Assembly (NCBI GenBank): GCA_963767925.1
Contig: CAVYGB010000002.1
Span: 1,728,001-1,792,000, forward strand
Length of the DNA: 64,000 nucleotides
From: an uncultured delta proteobacterium
Lineage (GTDB): Bacteria; Myxococcota_A; Polyangia; Fen-1088
Direction of reading: 5' to 3'
Of this stretch, positions 1 through 14,865 are shown one piece after another. The translations under genes were made by a program, and so were the position numbers. The notes under the pieces are model-generated. The model had not been told where the DNA came from, did not search any database, and worked only from the letters and a program-made list of their open reading frames with translations. Each line of letters begins with the position of its first letter. Position 1 is the first letter of the stretch.

Positions 1-955
1 TGACCCGCCGCGAGTCCTCGAGCGCCGACAGCACCCGGGGCACCAGGTCGCGCACGTCGATGACGTTCATGAGGTCGGCGCGCAGGTTGGCCACCCGGCG
101 CGACAGCTCGTATTTCTCCTGGAAGAGCCAGCGGGTGAGGGCCCCCTCCACCCGCGTGCGCAGCGGATCGAAGACGATGAGGATGGCGGCCGAGGCCACC
201 AGGGTGTTGAAGAAGAACAGCTCGTGCTGGTCCTCCTTCACCCACTTGACGAGGGCCCCGTACACCATGGTCACGATGAGGACCAGGGTGGCCAGCACCA
301 TCATGCGGCCGAGCAGCTCGTTGAGATCGAGCAGCCGGTAGCGGACCAGCGTCTGCGACAGGAAGAACAGGTAGATGGTGATGAAGACGTTGGCGAACGA
401 GGGGCCCCAGGAGCTGAAGATGAGGTCCAGCAGGGCGAAGGTCACCGCCGCCACCCCGCCCACCACCAGGTAGAGCAGGCGGATCTTCTCGACCCGCGAG
501 GGGGTGGCCCGGTAGCGCCGGTGCAGGTAATAGACCGACGAATACAGCCCCGCGAACACGTAGACCACGAAGGCCACCCCGAACCAGGAGTGGGTGTGCA
601 GGCCGGCGTCGGCGGTGACGAAGTGGCTGGCGCAAAGCGCGAGGTAGAAGATGAGCGCGCCGACAACCGTCGATCGCGACAGCGGCGGGGGGCCGGCCTC
701 GTCGCCCAGGAAGGCCTGGAAGAAACGCTGCGCGGTCGCCGGCAGCGACACCGCCGTCAACATGGTGGCCCACTGGAAGAAGGACTCGTCGAGGTACGAG
801 CGGAGGAAGGTGAACAGCTTCAGCAGGGCGATGTTGAAGGCGAAGGTGGCGAACAGCACGTGCGCCCCGCGGCGCGGCTCGCGCAGCAGCACCGAGCCAC
901 CAATGGCCATCCCCACGATGGAGGCGACGAGCGCGGAGAGGGCTTCGGTGTTCAT
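1..955 (-). CDS. Multi-pass membrane sensor protein, probably the N-terminal part of a sensor histidine kinase (partial, runs off the left edge)
   Basis: Not in the ORF track because no stop lies in the window. Manual translation from ATG 955: MNTEALSALVASIVGMAIGGSVLLREPRRGAHVLFATFAFNIALL...LVRYRLLDLNELLGR...FDPLRTRVEGALTRWLFQEKYE. Many hydrophobic helices followed by a soluble segment. The kinase domain itself is not visible. Confidence 0.7.
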   Translation of the reverse strand, partial: MNTEALSALVASIVGMAIGGSVLLREPRRGAHVLFATFAFNIALLKLFTFLRSYLDESFFQWATMLTAVSLPATAQRFFQAFLGDEAGPPPLSRSTVVGALIFYLALCASHFVTADAGLHTHSWFGVAFVVYVFAGLYSSVYYLHRRYRATPSRVEKIRLLYLVVGGVAAVTFALLDLIFSSWGPSFANVFITIYLFFLSQTLVRYRLLDLNELLGRMMVLATLVLIVTMVYGALVKWVKEDQHELFFFNTLVASAAILIVFDPLRTRVEGALTRWLFQEKYELSRRVANLRADLMNVIDVRDLVPRVLSALEDSRRV

Positions 956-1414
956 GGGGCGGACGCGTCCAGACGCAAAATCCTGAAAAGTCTAACCCCT
1001 TTTGGCAAAGGGGGCGTCCCCATGGGCGGTTCCGCGCAGGGGCGGGGCGGATCCCGAGGCCACCTCCCGGGGCCGGATCGCGGGCGCGGGGCGGGCCCGG
1101 CAGACAGCCCCTGGCCCGGTCTGGTAAGCTGTTCATGAGACGCCCTGGTTCTTCGTCTTCTCGAAAAGGAGGCCTGACTTCCCTCGTTTTCTGGCAAACC
1201 CCCGTGACCACCGGGGATCTCTGTCGCGCCCGAGCGCCCGGGCGGCCGTCACCCGACCGCCGCTTGCCAAGGCCTCGGTCTCGCGACAAAGTGCCTACAT
1301 GAGCCTTCACTGCGTGGGAAGCTGGACGGCCCCTCCCCACCCCACGCAGCCCGGCCTGGCGGGAGGCGGCGGTCTGGCGAAGCGGCGTGCCCGACACGTC
1401 CAAGGAGGAGCGTC

Positions 1415-2026
1415 ATGATGAACTGCTCCGTCCTGGTCCTGAACCGGCACTTCCAGCCGATCCACGTCACCAACGCCAAGCGGGCCTTCTCCCTGCTGTA
1501 CCTCGGGGTGGCGCGCGTCATCGACCGGGAGTTTCGCAGCTTCGACTTCGAGAGCTGGGCGGCGCTGTCGGCCGAGGTGGGCGATGACGTCGTGCACACA
1601 ATCGACCGGGCGATCCGCGTGCCGCGCGTGATCATCCTGCAGATCTACGACCGCATCCCGAAGACAAAGGTTCGCTTCTCCCGGCACAACATCTACATGC
1701 GCGACGGCAACACCTGCCAGTACTGCGGGCTGTCCCTGCCGCGCACGGAGCTGAACCTCGACCACGTCGTGCCCCGGGCCCAGGGCGGGCGCACGACCTG
1801 GGAGAACGTCGTCTGCTGCTGCATCGACTGCAACCTGGCCAAGGGGGCTCGCACCCCCGACCAGGCCGGCATCGCCCTGCGCAAGACTCCCGCCCGACCG
1901 CGCTGGACGCCCACCTTCCGGGCCGCCGGCGACCGCATCCGCTACCGCGAGTGGATTCCCTTCCTCGACGTGGCCAACGCCTCGTACTGGAACGTCGAGC
2001 TCCGCGACGACGACGACGCGGAGTGA
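1415..2026 (+). CDS. HNH endonuclease (McrA-like)
   Basis: RBS AGGAGGAG upstream. VLVLN N-terminus, RDGNTCQYCG, LDHVVPRAQGGRTTWENVVCCCIDCNLAKG. Confidence 0.92.
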   Translation: MMNCSVLVLNRHFQPIHVTNAKRAFSLLYLGVARVIDREFRSFDFESWAALSAEVGDDVVHTIDRAIRVPRVIILQIYDRIPKTKVRFSRHNIYMRDGNTCQYCGLSLPRTELNLDHVVPRAQGGRTTWENVVCCCIDCNLAKGARTPDQAGIALRKTPARPRWTPTFRAAGDRIRYREWIPFLDVANASYWNVELRDDDDAE

Positions 2027-2072
2027 GTCGGCGGCGGGCCGGGCCGCCGCGTTTGGATTGCCGTCTCCAGCC

Positions 2073-3392
2073 TCAGAGCAGGTTGGAGGCCAGCTCGGCC
2101 AGGGGCGAGCGCTCGCCCTTGGTCAAGGTGACGTGGCCGGCGATGTTCTGGCCCCGGAACTTCTGCACGATGGTGGTCAGGCCGTTGGAGGTGGCGTCGA
2201 CGTAGGGGTTGTCGATCTGGTAGGGGTCGCCGGTCAGCACGATCTTGGTCGACTCGCCCACCCGGGTGATGATGGTCTTCACCTCGTGGGGGGTGAGGTT
2301 CTGGGCCTCGTCGACGATGATGAACTGGTTGGGGATCGACCGGCCGCGGATGTAGGTCAGCGGCTCGATCTCGATGTAGCCGAGGTCGATCAGCTCGCGC
2401 CCGCTGCGCCCGTTTTTCGTGTCGGTCTTCGACAGGCCCATCAGGAACTCCAGGTTGTCGTAGATGGGCTGCATCCAGGGGTTGAGCTTCTGCTCGAGGT
2501 CGCCGGGCAGGTAGCCCACGTCGCGCCCGAGCGGGAAGATGGGCCGCGAGACGAGCAGCCGGGAGTAGGTCCGCTCCTCGACGACCTTCTGCAGGCCGGC
2601 GGCGATGGCGAGCATGGTCTTGCCCGTGCCCGCCTTGCCCACCAGGGTCACCAGCTTCACGTCGTCGGCCAGCAGCAGGTCGAGGGCGCAGTGCTGCTCC
2701 TTGTTGCGGGGGCGGATCCCCCAGACCCCGTCGCGCATCTTGCGCAGGTTGACCACCTTGCTGGTGGTCCCGTCGTAGCGACCGAGGGCAGTGTGTGAAG
2801 GGCTCTCGGGGTCGCGCAGCAACACGTACTGGTTGGGCACCACCTCGCTGTTGTCGAGGGCCAGCGAGCCCTGAGCGTAGAAGGTGTCGACGTCGGCCCC
2901 CGACACCGTCGCCTCGGCCATGCCCGAGTAGAGCTCGTCGATGTCGATCCGCCCCGCCTCGTAGTCCATGGCCGTGAGGCCCAGGGCGTCCGCGCGCAGG
3001 CGCAGGTTCACGTCCTTGGTGACGAAGATGGTCTGGTCGTTCGGGTTGCTCTCGCGCACGTCGAGGGCCACGCCGAGGATCAGGTGGTCGGCGATCTGGT
3101 TCTCACGCAGATGGGTGGTGGTGGGCACCATGCGCTGCCCGGCCGCGACCCGGAGCGTGCCCCCCTTCGGCAAGGGAGCGCCCACCGCCAGGTGGTGCCC
3201 GCTGGCCCGGAAGGCGTCGAGCATACGCGCCACCTCGCGGGCGTTGCGTCCCCGCTCGGAGGACTCCTTCTTGAACTGGTCGATCTCCTCGAGGACGAAG
3301 ATGGGTATGACCACCTCGTTTTCTTCGAACTGGAGGACCGCGCGGGGGTCGTGGAGCAGGATGTTCGTGTCGAGAACGAAGTGTTTTGGCAT
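2073..3392 (-). CDS. PhoH-family protein with N-terminal PIN domain (PhoH2/YlaK type)
   Basis: PIN motifs FVLDTNILLHD and TKDVNLR; Walker A GKAGTGKT; RGRSI; DEAQN; GDPYQID. Confidence 0.95.
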   Translation of the reverse strand: MPKHFVLDTNILLHDPRAVLQFEENEVVIPIFVLEEIDQFKKESSERGRNAREVARMLDAFRASGHHLAVGAPLPKGGTLRVAAGQRMVPTTTHLRENQIADHLILGVALDVRESNPNDQTIFVTKDVNLRLRADALGLTAMDYEAGRIDIDELYSGMAEATVSGADVDTFYAQGSLALDNSEVVPNQYVLLRDPESPSHTALGRYDGTTSKVVNLRKMRDGVWGIRPRNKEQHCALDLLLADDVKLVTLVGKAGTGKTMLAIAAGLQKVVEERTYSRLLVSRPIFPLGRDVGYLPGDLEQKLNPWMQPIYDNLEFLMGLSKTDTKNGRSGRELIDLGYIEIEPLTYIRGRSIPNQFIIVDEAQNLTPHEVKTIITRVGESTKIVLTGDPYQIDNPYVDATSNGLTTIVQKFRGQNIAGHVTLTKGERSPLAELASNLL

Positions 3393-3562
3393 GTAACGGC
3401 ACGCGGCCCGCGCGCTCGATTGTTACTATAACGCGGAGGGTGAAGCTCGGCCTACCGCCCTGAACGAATCCTGCGGGCAGGGGCCCCGGCCGCGCCGGCA
3501 CGTCCGCGATTCTTGCCGGGCCGCCGCTGCGAAAGCGCCCGCTGCAGAATAGGATCGGGCCC

Positions 3563-4315
3563 ATGGACGGAGGACCTCTGGCCGGCTGCCGGGTCTTGCT
3601 CACCCGGCCGGCCGAGCAGGCCGAGCCCTGGCGGCAGGCGCTGGCGGCGGCCGGCGCGGTGGCGATCGACTACCCCACCATAGAAGTAGGTCCCCCCTCG
3701 GACTGGGCCCCGCTCGACTCCGCGCTCGCCTGCCTGACCGGCTACGACTGGTTGATCTTCACCAGCGCCAACGCCGTCCGCTTCACCTGGCAGCGCTGGC
3801 CCGCGGGAGGGGCTCCGCCGGCCGGGGCCCGCCCCCGGGTGGCGGCGGTGGGGCAGGAGACGTCGCGCGCGCTGCAGGCCCTGGGCTTCGCGGTGGCCTG
3901 CGTCCCGGCACTGGAGAGCCAGGACGGGTTGCTGGCGGCGCTGGGGGACCTGCCCGCCGGCACCCGCCTCCTGTTCCCCCAGGCGGCCGGTGGGCGCGAC
4001 ACCCTGGCGAGCGCCCTGCGCGCGCGCGGCTGCACCGTGGACGTGGTGCCGGCCTCCCGGACGGTGGCCCGCGACCTGCCGCCGCTGCCCGCCTTCGACG
4101 TGGCGACCTTCGCCAGCCCCTCCGCCCTGCGGGCCCTGGTCGACCGGCACGGCCCCGGGGCGCTGGCCGGGCGACCCATCGTGGTCATCGGCGCCACGAC
4201 CGCCGCGGCCGCCGACGCCCTCGGCCTGCCGTCAGTCACCGCCGCTCACCCCCGGATCGAGGACGTCGTCCAGGCCATCGCCCTCGTCTATGCTCGCCGA
4301 CCAGGAGAAACTTGA
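3563..4315 (+). CDS. hemD: Uroporphyrinogen-III synthase
   Basis: [37 protein letters not shown]; directly upstream of hemB. Confidence 0.9.
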   Translation: MDGGPLAGCRVLLTRPAEQAEPWRQALAAAGAVAIDYPTIEVGPPSDWAPLDSALACLTGYDWLIFTSANAVRFTWQRWPAGGAPPAGARPRVAAVGQETSRALQALGFAVACVPALESQDGLLAALGDLPAGTRLLFPQAAGGRDTLASALRARGCTVDVVPASRTVARDLPPLPAFDVATFASPSALRALVDRHGPGALAGRPIVVIGATTAAAADALGLPSVTAAHPRIEDVVQAIALVYARRPGET

Positions 4316-4316
4316 C

Positions 4317-5303
4317 ATGTCATTTCCCGAAAGCCGACCGCGCCGGATTCGCCGTTCCGAAGGTCTGCGCCGCATGGTGCGCGAGACGACGCTCGCCCCG
4401 GCGCACTTCATGTACCCCCTTTTCATCTGTCCCGGGACCGGCATCAAGCGAGAGATCTCCTCGCTGCCCGGGCAGTACCACCTGTCGGTCGACCAGGTCG
4501 CCCGCGAGGCCGAGGAGGTGGCCAAGCTGGGCATCCCCTCGGTGCTCCTGTTCGGCCTGCCTGACAAGAAGGACGACGTCGGCAGCGAGGCCTGGCACCC
4601 CGAGGGGACGGTTCAGCGGGCCACCCGGGCCATCAAGAAGGCGGTGCCCGAGCTGGTTGTGGCGGCCGACACCTGCTTTTGCGAATACACCTCGCACGGT
4701 CATTGCGGGGTCGTTCTCGATAAGACGAGCAAATCCGCCGACGTCGACAACGACGCCACCCTGGAAAACCTGGGGCGGGCGGCCGCTTCTTACGCCCAGG
4801 CGGGGGTGGATATCGTTGCTCCCTCCGGGATGATGGACGGGACGATCGGGTTTCTGCGCGAGACGCTCGATGAGGCGGATTATCCCAACGTGGTGTTGCT
4901 GTCATACGCCGCTAAATACGCCTCGGCTTATTACGGGCCGTTTCGCACGGCGGTCGACTCGGCCCCCAGCTTCGGGGACCGGCGCACCTACCAGATGGAC
5001 CCGGCCAACATCCGGGAGGCCATCCGGGAGGTCGCCCTCGACATCGAGGAGGGCGCGGACATGGTGATGGTGAAACCGGCGCTGGCTTACCTCGACGTGA
5101 TCTCCGAGGTCCGCCGGGAGTTCGACGCCCCCATCGCGGCGTACAACGTCTCGGGCGAATACGCGATGTTGAAGGCGGCCGCCGAGAAGGGCTGGATAGA
5201 CTACGACCGGGCGATGCTCGAGACGTTGCTGTCCATCCGCCGGGCAGGGGCAGACCTGATCCTCACGTATCACGCTAAAGAAGCGTCCCGCCTCCTCCGA
5301 TAG
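4317..5303 (+). CDS. hemB: Porphobilinogen synthase (ALA dehydratase)
   Basis: Start moved to ATG 4317 (RBS AGGAGA). [19 protein letters not shown] zinc site, [33 protein letters not shown]. Confidence 0.97.
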   Translation: MSFPESRPRRIRRSEGLRRMVRETTLAPAHFMYPLFICPGTGIKREISSLPGQYHLSVDQVAREAEEVAKLGIPSVLLFGLPDKKDDVGSEAWHPEGTVQRATRAIKKAVPELVVAADTCFCEYTSHGHCGVVLDKTSKSADVDNDATLENLGRAAASYAQAGVDIVAPSGMMDGTIGFLRETLDEADYPNVVLLSYAAKYASAYYGPFRTAVDSAPSFGDRRTYQMDPANIREAIREVALDIEEGADMVMVKPALAYLDVISEVRREFDAPIAAYNVSGEYAMLKAAAEKGWIDYDRAMLETLLSIRRAGADLILTYHAKEASRLLR

Positions 5304-5532
5304 GGGAGCCGCTCGGGAGATGTGAGCGTCGGGGTAGGGGGAGGTGGTCTCCCGGGCGGACGTGGGCCGGTGGGCGGTGCGGTGCGTGGGCGGGCGGCCG
5401 CGTCCGGATGTTTGGGCGGGGGTGGGCGGCCCCGGCTCGGAGTGAGCCGGGTCGGGCGGGTGCGCGAGGCGGGGCCGCGGTCGGGGCGCAGGGTACCGGA
5501 GTGGCGGATGGCGCTGGGCGGGTCAGGCACAA

Positions 5533-5947
5533 GGCGTGGCGTGGCGTGATGGTGGTGTCGCGTGGTGCGTGGCGTGGCGTGGCGTGGCGTGGCGTGGCGT
5601 GGAGTGGTGGTGGCGGTGGAGTGTGGTGCGTGGCGTGGGGTGGCGGCGGTGGCGATTGGCGGTGGTCGTTGCGTGGCGGGTCAGGCTCCTGCGCGTGTCG
5701 GTGCGTGGTGCGTGGTGCGTGGTGCGTGGTGCGTGACGTGTCGATGGTCGTGGGCGTGGCGTGCGGCCGGTGGTGGTGGCGGTGGTGCGTGCTGGCCGAG
5801 GGCACGGCGGCGGTGTGCGCGAGTCTGGCTGTTGCGTGCGGACGCCGTGCTTGGTGAGGACCGGGCGTGGAGGGGACCGGGGGCTTGGGTTGGTGCGTGA
5901 GGATTTTTGGATGGTGCGTGGTGCGTGGCGCGTGGCGCGTGGTGCGT
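5533..5947 (+). repeat. G/T-rich simple-sequence repeat tract: (GGCGT)n and (GGTGCGT)n
   Basis: GGCGT x3 at 5533-5547 and x6 at 5571-5600; GGTGCGT x5 at 5700-5734; GGYGCGT x5 at 5913-5947. Confidence 0.85.
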
Positions 5948-6455
5948 GGGTGAGGGCTAGGCGTGGATGAGCGCGCGGTCGGGGTACGTGCCAGGGCCGT
6001 GGTTGTGGGTGGCGCGTGGTGCAGGGCGGGCGGCAGGACCAGCACGTGGGCTCGCGGTAGCGCGGGGTGGGGCGGTCGGTCGGGGCGGCGGGAGATTTTT
6101 GGTCCGGGCGGGGGACAGCTCCCGGTCCGCCGGAAAAACCTGCGCGAAGGTCGGGGCGGCGAGGGCGGCGTTTCTTCGCGAAATCCCCGTGTTTCTGGGG
6201 GGTGAGGATTTTTTTTCTGTCCGGTGTCCAATTTCTGTTGTGGTCGGGAGGAACCGTGGTACACACCGCCCCCCGTCGTTGAGAGCGGCGGGGCGAGCGG
6301 GAGGGCGGTGGATTTGGATAGGGGGTTGAACGGCGGCGCTGGCGTCGGTCTCCGGAATTTCTGGAACCTGTCGCGGCGTACGAGGGGTTGGTCGTGCGGG
6401 GCGTGAGCGCCGTGAGTTGCTGGAAGCGGGGATGGTGAAGGGGCGGGGCAGGATG

Positions 6456-6504
6456 AAGAAAAAAAGATTCTTCCTCTTGACTTCGACGGGCCGGCGACTA
6501 AAGT
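6456..6504 (+). promoter_or_regulatory. Sigma70-type rRNA promoter with A-rich UP element
   Basis: TTGACT (6477-6482), 16-bp spacer, TAAAGT (6499-6504); A tract AAGAAAAAAAG upstream; about 320 bp before the 16S gene. Confidence 0.8.
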
Positions 6505-6567
6505 AGCCAACCCTTGCGGCGGACCTGGCGGCCCGAAAAGGTGCCAGGAAAGTGCAAGGGACGTTTT

Positions 6568-6605
6568 GTCGGTCTCTGAAAGCTGAATAGCAAATCGAGA
6601 TGAAC
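6568..6605 (+). promoter_or_regulatory. rrn leader: boxA-like sequence and 5' strand of the 16S processing stem
   Basis: GTCGGTCTCTGAAAGCTGAATAGCAAATCGAGATGAAC is largely complementary to 8531-8570 (GTTCATCTCGGAATTTGCTGTTCAGCTTTGAGCGACCGAC). Confidence 0.7.
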
Positions 6606-6827
6606 GGTCTGACCGTCGGAAACGGCGGATTAGACCAACCCTAGAGAACTTTGAGTTTTCGAATTACGAGCACTCCAGGGCCGGCGTCTTTCGGGACGTA
6701 GGTTCTGGATACTTGAAGCCAACGGGGTGGCAGTGAAGCGCTTCCACGAAAGTGGAGGCCGGATCTGAAACCTCGGAAGCTCGACGGTTCAATCGTAAGG
6801 TTGCTTGTTCAGGACCTTACGTAAAGT

Positions 6828-8391
<1,564 letters not shown>

Positions 8392-8594
8392 GGAGAAATC
8401 GAGGAGCTGCTTCGGTAGCGCCTCTAATCTCAAGGTCAAAGCGCGTGGGCGCTGAGCGAGCTTGCTCGTTCGAGCCTTCGCGGGTGGTTCGGAGTCCTAC
8501 GGGACTTCGAGCTCTTCAAAGTCACTCAGGGTTCATCTCGGAATTTGCTGTTCAGCTTTGAGCGACCGACGCTGTTCTCTACAAAAGACAGCTC

Positions 8595-8668
<74 letters not shown>

Positions 8669-8712
8669 CACGGCCAACAAGCGTGAAGCAGGCAAAGCCC
8701 CGCAAGTCTTGG

Positions 8713-8785
8713 GGGGCGTTAGCTCAGATGGGAGAGCATCGGCTTTGCAAGCCGGGGGTCAAGGGTTCGATTCCCTTACGCTCCA
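8713..8785 (+). tRNA. tRNA-Ala (TGC)
   Basis: GGGGCGT/ACGCTCC acceptor stem with G3:U70, anticodon loop TTTGCAA, GTTCGATT; CCA not encoded. Confidence 0.97.
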
Positions 8786-8877
8786 CTGGTGAACAGGAAT
8801 GGCTCCCATCGAAACTTGACGAAAGCCCGGAAGCGTCTGACGATGTCCGGTCTTTGGTCGAGGGTCGAGCAGACCCG

Positions 8878-8983
8878 TGGTCTTTGATAATTGAATAGAA
8901 GCGACGACGCGAAAGCGTGTCTTGAGAGAAACAAGCGTCATTGGAGTTGAGTAGGAGCTCATTCGTTGAGCTTCGATCTCGAC
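8878..8983 (+). promoter_or_regulatory. Spacer boxA-like site and 5' strand of the 23S processing stem
   Basis: TGGTCTTTGATAA at 8878-8890; 8917-8983 is largely complementary to 12369-12435 downstream of the 23S gene. Confidence 0.65.
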
Positions 8984-9287
8984 GCCTCTCGCCGCGATGG
9001 CAGCAGCTCGAAAGAGTGAGAGTCATCATGTGGACGAAGCGAGCTCTACCTTGCTGAGTCCTAGCGCGGGAGGTGCGAAGCCCCCTAACAAGGGTTTCGC
9101 GTTCTGTTAGACGGCGTGTCGCGAGATTGAATGAATAGTGGCGTTGTCTGAGGTCATGAGCCTGGACGAAGCAAGCTTCGGCTTGTCGAGTTCTGTGCAA
9201 AGGGTCTCGGATTACTGTCCGCCGACAAATTCGTGGATCACTCCTCGAGGGGACTAGAGCCCTTCCGGGAGCCCACAAAAAGTTGGT

Positions 9288-12305
<3,018 letters not shown>

Positions 12306-12490
12306 CCATTATTTTTCCTCTGTTTTCATAAAACAGAGGCTCTCTCAAGCACGGTCGTCTGATGGAATGTCGAGATCGAAGCTCAGGTGAATGAGCTCGA
12401 TTGAGAATCCAGAGACGCTCTGTTTCTCAAGACACTCGCGGGAGGTGCGGCGATTTGAATCGCAACCTTCCATCGCGTCACCGAAAGGTT

Positions 12491-12607
12491 TCCGGCGGCT
12501 TTACCGGAGGGGTCACACCCGATCCCATCTCGAACTCGGAAGTTAAGCCCTCCAGGGCCGATGGTACTGCAGGGGAAGCTCTGTGGGAGAGTAGGTCGTC
12601 GCCGGGA
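12491..12607 (+). rRNA. rrf: 5S ribosomal RNA
   Basis: TCCGGCGGC...GTCGCCGGGA terminal stem; CCCATCTCGAAC; GATGGTACT; GAGAGTAGG. Confidence 0.97.
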
Positions 12608-12617
12608 AGTAATTTTG

Positions 12618-12658
12618 AAAAGGCCGAAGCAGGTACACTGCTTCGGCCTTTTTGTTTT
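12618..12658 (+). terminator. Intrinsic terminator of the rrn operon (possibly bidirectional)
   Basis: AAAA-GGCCGAAGCAG-gtaca-CTGCTTCGGCC-TTTTT: perfect 11-bp stem with a U tract. Confidence 0.9.
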
Positions 12659-12688
12659 GGCGTTTCGTGGGGCGTGGCCCGCCTACCT

Positions 12689-13117
12689 CTACTTGCGGTC
12701 GAGCTTGGAGAGGTGGCGGCCGAAGCGCTGGGCGATGACGTGCTCGATGCAGTAGGGGGCGGCGCGCAGGCGGCGGCGGTCGCAGCCGACCTTCTTGCAG
12801 GGGCGCTTCTCCTCACGGAGGTCGCCCAGGTGGTCTTCGATGCGGGCCAGGCAATAGGGGCGCAGGGTCTCGCCGCGATCGAGGTCGCGCAGTCGGCGGG
12901 TTTCCTGGGGGACCGGGCGACAGAGGATGGGATTGGCCTCGAGCTCCTCGGGCCAGGCGGACAGCCAGTAGCTGCCGCAGTCGGGACACTGGCGCAGCTC
13001 CTCCCACTCGCCCGCCTCGACCACCGGCCAGTGCAGCACCACCTCCTCTTCGAGGCGAGCGAAGGGCGGGCGCTCGGCGCAGCGACAGGTCGCCGTGCCC
13101 GAGGCCGGGTTAGCCAC
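12689..13117 (-). CDS. Small Cys-rich hypothetical protein, possible zinc-binding
   Basis: CRC, CPDCGSYW, CKKVGC, CIEH; natural composition; fills the gap between the terminator and tyrS. Start uncertain. Confidence 0.65.
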   Translation of the reverse strand: MANPASGTATCRCAERPPFARLEEEVVLHWPVVEAGEWEELRQCPDCGSYWLSAWPEELEANPILCRPVPQETRRLRDLDRGETLRPYCLARIEDHLGDLREEKRPCKKVGCDRRRLRAAPYCIEHVIAQRFGRHLSKLDRK

Positions 13118-13211
13118 GCGCGGCCCCCACGTCGTTCACCACGGCTTCAAGGTAGCACCGGTCAGGGAACGGCCGTCGCATCTGGCGCGCAAGGTTATAC
13201 TGCCCGCTTCG

Positions 13212-14447
13212 ATGCACGTCCTCGACAGCTTACGTGAGCGCGGGTTCATCCAGCAGGTCAGCGAGGAGGCTGATCTGCGTCAGCGTCTGTCGAGTGGCCC
13301 GGTCACGTTTTATGCCGGCTTCGATCCGACGAAGCCGAGCCTGCAGCTCGGCAACACCGTCCCGCTGATGGCGATGGCGCACCTGGCGCGCGCCGGGCAC
13401 CGGCCGATCGTGGTGCTGGGCGGGGGGACGACGATGGTGGGCGACCCGAGCGGCAAGACCGAGATGCGGCAGATGTTGACCGCCGAGGACATCGCCCAGA
13501 ACCGCCGGCTCGTCGAGCCGCAGACCCTCCGGTACCTGGCGGCGGCCGGAGACCAGGCGGTCGTCGTCGACAACGCCGACTGGCTGCTCCCGCTCAAGTA
13601 CGTCGACTTCCTGCGCGACATCGGCCGGCACTTCAGCGTCAACCGGATGCTGGCGGCCGAGGCCTACAAGGTGCGGCTGGAGAAGGGCCTCTCGTTCATC
13701 GAGTTCAACTACCAGCTCCTGCAGGCCTACGACTTCCTGGTGCTGTTCCGCCGCCACGGCTGCTGCCTGCAGATCGGGGGCGACGACCAGTGGGGCAACA
13801 TCCTGGCCGGGACCGATCTCATCCGCCGGCTCGAGCAGCAGCAGGCGTTCGCCCTGACCTTCCCCCTCATCAAGACCGCGACCGGGGAGAAGATGGGCAA
13901 GACGGCCGCCGGGGCGGTGTGGCTCGACCGTGAGCGCACGTCGGTCTTCGATTTTTACCAGTACTTCGTCAACGTCGACGACCGGGACGTCGACCGCTTC
14001 CTGCGCATCTTCACCTTCCTGCCGGTCGAGGAGATCCAGCGGCTGTCCGCGCTGGGGGGGGCCGAGCTGCGCGCGGCCAAGCAGGTCCTGGCGCTCGAGG
14101 TGACGAAGATCGTTCACGGCGACGAGGCGGCCGAGACCGCCCAGCGGGCCGCCCGGGCCGCCTTCGGCGGTGGAGGGGAGGGCGGCGAGGCGGGCGCGGA
14201 CGTGCCCAGCTTCGAGGTCGGGGACGAGGAGCTCGCCGCCGGGTTGAAGGTGGTCGACCTGCTGGCCGCCTGCGGCCTGGCCGCCTCGAAGAGCGTGGCG
14301 CGGCGGCTGGTGGCGCAGGGGGGCGTGCGGGTGGGCGGCCGCAAGGTGGACGCGCTGGACGACGTGCTCAAGGCTGAAGAGGTCGGGGCAGAGGGCGTCC
14401 TGTTGCATGCAGGCAAGAAGCACCTGCGGCGGATCCTGAAGCGATAG
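13212..14447 (+). CDS. tyrS: Tyrosine--tRNA ligase
   Basis: Start set at ATG 13212. YAGFDPT, VGDPSGK, EFNYQLLQAYDF, QIGGDDQWGNI, KMGKT, C-terminal S4-like domain. Confidence 0.97.
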   Translation: MHVLDSLRERGFIQQVSEEADLRQRLSSGPVTFYAGFDPTKPSLQLGNTVPLMAMAHLARAGHRPIVVLGGGTTMVGDPSGKTEMRQMLTAEDIAQNRRLVEPQTLRYLAAAGDQAVVVDNADWLLPLKYVDFLRDIGRHFSVNRMLAAEAYKVRLEKGLSFIEFNYQLLQAYDFLVLFRRHGCCLQIGGDDQWGNILAGTDLIRRLEQQQAFALTFPLIKTATGEKMGKTAAGAVWLDRERTSVFDFYQYFVNVDDRDVDRFLRIFTFLPVEEIQRLSALGGAELRAAKQVLALEVTKIVHGDEAAETAQRAARAAFGGGGEGGEAGADVPSFEVGDEELAAGLKVVDLLAACGLAASKSVARRLVAQGGVRVGGRKVDALDDVLKAEEVGAEGVLLHAGKKHLRRILKR

Positions 14448-14865
14448 CGGGCGCTCGAAAGCGGACGCCCGGGTCCGGCCGTCGTTGGAGGCCACGCCCT
14501 CCCCCGCCCGGCCGCGAGCCCGCGCCGGTCCGGGCCCCGTCCCGGAACGACGGGTCGGGCAAGGTCGGGGCCGAGCTGTGGTCTGCGGCGGCGAAGGGTG
14601 GGCGAGCGCGCGAAGCGGGAGCTCGCAGAGGCGCGGAGCGGACGGCGGGAGTAGCGGAGCAGGGGCTCGGTGTCGGAGGAGGGCGGAAGGGGGTGGTGGT
14701 CTCCCCGGCCGGGGTCGTCGCTGCCGTGGCGCTGGCCGTCCCCTTCCTGCGGGCCGGTCCGGGCAGGTGCCCCCTCGGCGCCCGGCCGAGGAAACCACCA
14801 CCCCCTCCCGCCGGCGGGGGGCGAGCCGCCGCGCCGCCGGGGGGCGGGGAAGGTGAGGCCGAGGG

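Noticed and set aside
224..1138. 304-aa plus-strand ORF
   Set aside because: Antisense shadow of the minus-strand membrane sensor gene.
1300..2026. IscB/HEARO-type RNA-guided nuclease
   Set aside because: The protein is 203 aa with only an HNH domain; no PLMP, RuvC motifs or bridge helix.
5275..6510. His/Thr/Pro-rich and Trp/Arg/Gly-rich ORFs
   Set aside because: Translations of simple repeats with no RBS or codon bias; one runs across the rRNA promoter.
12317..12339. Hairpin CCTCTGTTTT-cat-AAAACAGAGG after the 23S gene as a terminator
   Set aside because: It lies inside the 23S-5S spacer with no downstream U tract; more likely precursor-RNA structure.
14448..14865. ORFs or an ncRNA between tyrS and mobA
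   Set aside because: GC-rich low-complexity sequence with only weak REP-like hairpins; nothing supportable.
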